Assembly: GCA_963745835.1 (NCBI GenBank)
Contig: CAVUZH010000003.1
Location: 1 to 64,000, forward strand
Direction of reading: 5' to 3'
Length of the DNA: 64,000 bases
Source of the DNA: an uncultured delta proteobacterium
GTDB taxonomy: Bacteria > Desulfobacterota > Binatia > UBA9968
Shown: piece by piece, positions 61,878 through 64,000 of the stretch
Numbering within the stretch: the stretch's first letter is position 1
How the letters are laid out: each line of letters opens with the position of its first letter
The notes under the pieces: generated by a model
The model's input: only the letters and a program-made list of their open reading frames with translations
Databases searched by the model: none
What the model was told of the DNA's origin: nothing
Translations under genes and position numbers: made by a program

Positions 61878-62693
61878 TTAAGGTGTGACTCGGTAGTTGA
61901 GGCGGTTGTCGAGGTATTCGAAGCTGGCCGTGATGGTGAGTCGTTTCTTGTCGATCCACGGCGGAATCGGTCTAAACGGCGCCGCCGCTTTCATTGCGCG
62001 CAACGCCTCATGATCGAGCAGATTTGACCCCGACGACCGAATGATATGCGCGCTCTCCAACTCCCCACTGGCCAGAATGGTAAATTGCAGCAGCAGTTTT
62101 CCTTGTAAGCCGTACCTGAGGGCAGGCTCGGGGTACTCCCAGACAAACTCGATGTTGCGTTTGATGCTGCTGAAGTAAGTTATGTACTGGGGGTCTCGCG
62201 TGTTCAGCGCGATTGCCGCATCGCCGCTAGTGTTTGCCGACGACCAATTGCCAGGCAATAACTCCCGCATGGTGGGTAGCCTTCGTTCGGTTATCGACAA
62301 ATTTTCTTCCTTTTCCGGCGGTCGGGGCGGTTCCCGCATTGGCGCCGGCTCAGGCTCTGGTTCTCTGAGTTCTTGCTCTTTTTTTAGCTCGACTGTTTTT
62401 TGCGGCGGTGTCACGCGTTTGGCTGGCGCCGATCTTTTTACTTCAGGTGAATTTTTTTTCGCGATGATCGCGGGAGACCGGGAGCTTCGAGTCGGCACAT
62501 CCGGCGGCAGCGAACTGAATTGGTTAGCGGCCGGCGCCTTGGCTTCATCTTTTGCGGCAGGCAGCAGCGATACGCTGATATTTTCCTGCGGAGCACGGCG
62601 CATGGACGTTTGTGACCAGAGCAGCAGGAACGCCATATGGATGACTAACGATGCGGCGAAGAAACCCGCCAGTGGTCGAGAGACGTATTCCAC
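61878..62693 (-). CDS. TonB family energy transducer
   Basis: N-terminal TM with SLVIH, Pro-rich linker, YPEPA...SSGSNLLDHEA...PFRPIP. Confidence 0.88.
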   Translation of the reverse strand: MEYVSRPLAGFFAASLVIHMAFLLLWSQTSMRRAPQENISVSLLPAAKDEAKAPAANQFSSLPPDVPTRSSRSPAIIAKKNSPEVKRSAPAKRVTPPQKTVELKKEQELREPEPEPAPMREPPRPPEKEENLSITERRLPTMRELLPGNWSSANTSGDAAIALNTRDPQYITYFSSIKRNIEFVWEYPEPALRYGLQGKLLLQFTILASGELESAHIIRSSGSNLLDHEALRAMKAAAPFRPIPPWIDKKRLTITASFEYLDNRLNYRVTP

Positions 62694-62787
62694 GATCGTA
62701 TGTTACTGCAGCAACAGTTGTCTAAGCAAATCTCGTGCTTGCAATGAAACCGATTGGTGAAATAATGGCAACAGAATAGGAGGACCT

Positions 62788-62988
62788 ATGTTTGGTCTGG
62801 GGCTCGGAGAGCTGGTAATCGTTCTCCTCATCCTGATTATCTTGTTTAGTCGGCGCCTGCCCGACTTGGGCGATAGCTTGGGCAAAGGCATTCGAAAATT
62901 CCGCAGATCCCTCAAGGAATCCGACGAAATCGACATTACGCCAAATGAAGCCACGAGCAAAGACAGGCCCGCCAAAAGGTCCCCCTAG
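62788..62988 (+). CDS. tatA: Twin-arginine translocase TatA/E subunit
   Basis: MFGLGLGELVIVL...LPDLGDSLGKGIRKFR. Confidence 0.88.
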   Translation: MFGLGLGELVIVLLILIILFSRRLPDLGDSLGKGIRKFRRSLKESDEIDITPNEATSKDRPAKRSP

Positions 62989-62989
62989 G

Positions 62990-64000
62990 CTAGGTCTCTT
63001 CTTCAGCTGCCAGTACGGTCGCGGTAAATTTTTTGACGGCTTTCGCTGGCTTTAAGAAAACAATCGTGAAAGGTACGGAATCTCCGGGAGGAATTTCGAA
63101 AGTTTTCAGCGGTCTCAAACGTTGCAAGTCTAAAATATCTTGTGCGGTCATGCCTCGGATGATTTTGGCCGAGATCGCGTTGCCGATCCACATTTCTTGC
63201 TGTTCGATGGCTTTTTCGTCCGAGTCATAGGTCTGACCGCCAATACGCACTTCTCGGATGACAACCGGGTTTTGATTCATCGCTACACCACTGACTACAA
63301 AGATTTCTCGGTTTCCTTGTATCACCTGATAACTGCCGCGCAACGATTGTAATGCCACCCGCTCCTTTAATAGGTTATTTCTGGCGATGACCGCGCCAAT
63401 CAAAGGAACTTTCTTTATCCAACGGTCCAAAACTTGGGGATAGGCGTATTGAAACGCAGTCGCTAGCGAGAAGAACAGGATCAACAAAGCGAACAAGGAA
63501 AAATAAGGTAGAGTTGACGTTTGCTGATCGCGATAGGGCTCGAGACTCGAGATGTTACTGGTTGGCATTGTCGGCGAGATCTCTTCGGAATTTTTTCCTG
63601 ATCGCTTGGCGGGTTCACGATGTTCCGTTTCTCCTCTGACCCGCTGCGATGGCGGATCCGCAGAAAGCGTGAAAGGTTCCTCAGATTTGACCTCGCCCGG
63701 TAATGACCACCGCTGCCGTTCTTGTTCGATCAATGAATCGACCGAATCCGGCGCAGGAAAATGGGTCGGCAGGGTAGCACTGATTTCGTGTTGGTCGCGA
63801 TCGACCCATGCTTTCTCATGTTCTGGCTCAAATACGAGATTCAACTCGCCGCCGTCATCGTCACCCGGCATTTTTGAGTCTAACTCTCTGGGCGGCACCG
63901 TCTCGACTGACGCATTCAGCTCACCTTCGAACGTGTGTTTGCAGCGAGAACAACGAAAGGCGGGAGTGGTGCCGGTTACAAGTTCGTCGGCCACTTTGTA
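62990..64000 (-). CDS. Zinc-ribbon and DUF3426 domain protein, start beyond the window end
   Basis: RCSRCKHTF zinc knuckle, acidic linker, TM, C-terminal domain ending IPPGDSVPFTIVF. Confidence 0.78.
   Translation of the reverse strand, partial: YKVADELVTGTTPAFRCSRCKHTFEGELNASVETVPPRELDSKMPGDDDGGELNLVFEPEHEKAWVDRDQHEISATLPTHFPAPDSVDSLIEQERQRWSLPGEVKSEEPFTLSADPPSQRVRGETEHREPAKRSGKNSEEISPTMPTSNISSLEPYRDQQTSTLPYFSLFALLILFFSLATAFQYAYPQVLDRWIKKVPLIGAVIARNNLLKERVALQSLRGSYQVIQGNREIFVVSGVAMNQNPVVIREVRIGGQTYDSDEKAIEQQEMWIGNAISAKIIRGMTAQDILDLQRLRPLKTFEIPPGDSVPFTIVFLKPAKAVKKFTATVLAAEEET

Overview
The window appears to join DNA from two genomes at about position 5662. Bases 1-~5662 are visibly GC-richer (about 70% by eye) and full of frameshifts. 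They carry truncated miaB, a DUF151 bifunctional nuclease, parA, parB, an intergenic region and a fused lptF/lptG, an arrangement that looks Acidobacteria-like (inference). At ~5662 miaB is cut and joined to an N-terminally truncated gltB. The remainder (mid-50s % GC by eye) is nearly intact and its gene content suggests Candidatus Binatia (inference). It holds gltBD, many orphan NMT1/SsuA and TctC solute-binding proteins, LLM, VOC, cupin, CoA-transferase, MaoC and LigAB catabolic genes, PBP1A, pal, folD-gcvTHPaPb, tonB and tatA. The most notable signals are: (1) a canonical-looking XerCD dif site next to parAB, with a DnaA box, a GATC cluster and a second 11-6-11 inverted site inside the parB coding sequence; (2) a ~220-nt G·U-biased rod-like hairpin, possibly an ncRNA or MITE; (3) tandem 125-127-bp elements with terminal inverted repeats; (4) cbtB paired with an unknown membrane protein instead of CbtA; (5) uncharacterised CoA-dependent and aromatic ring-cleavage gene clusters. 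No rRNA, tRNA, CRISPR array or transposase was recognised.
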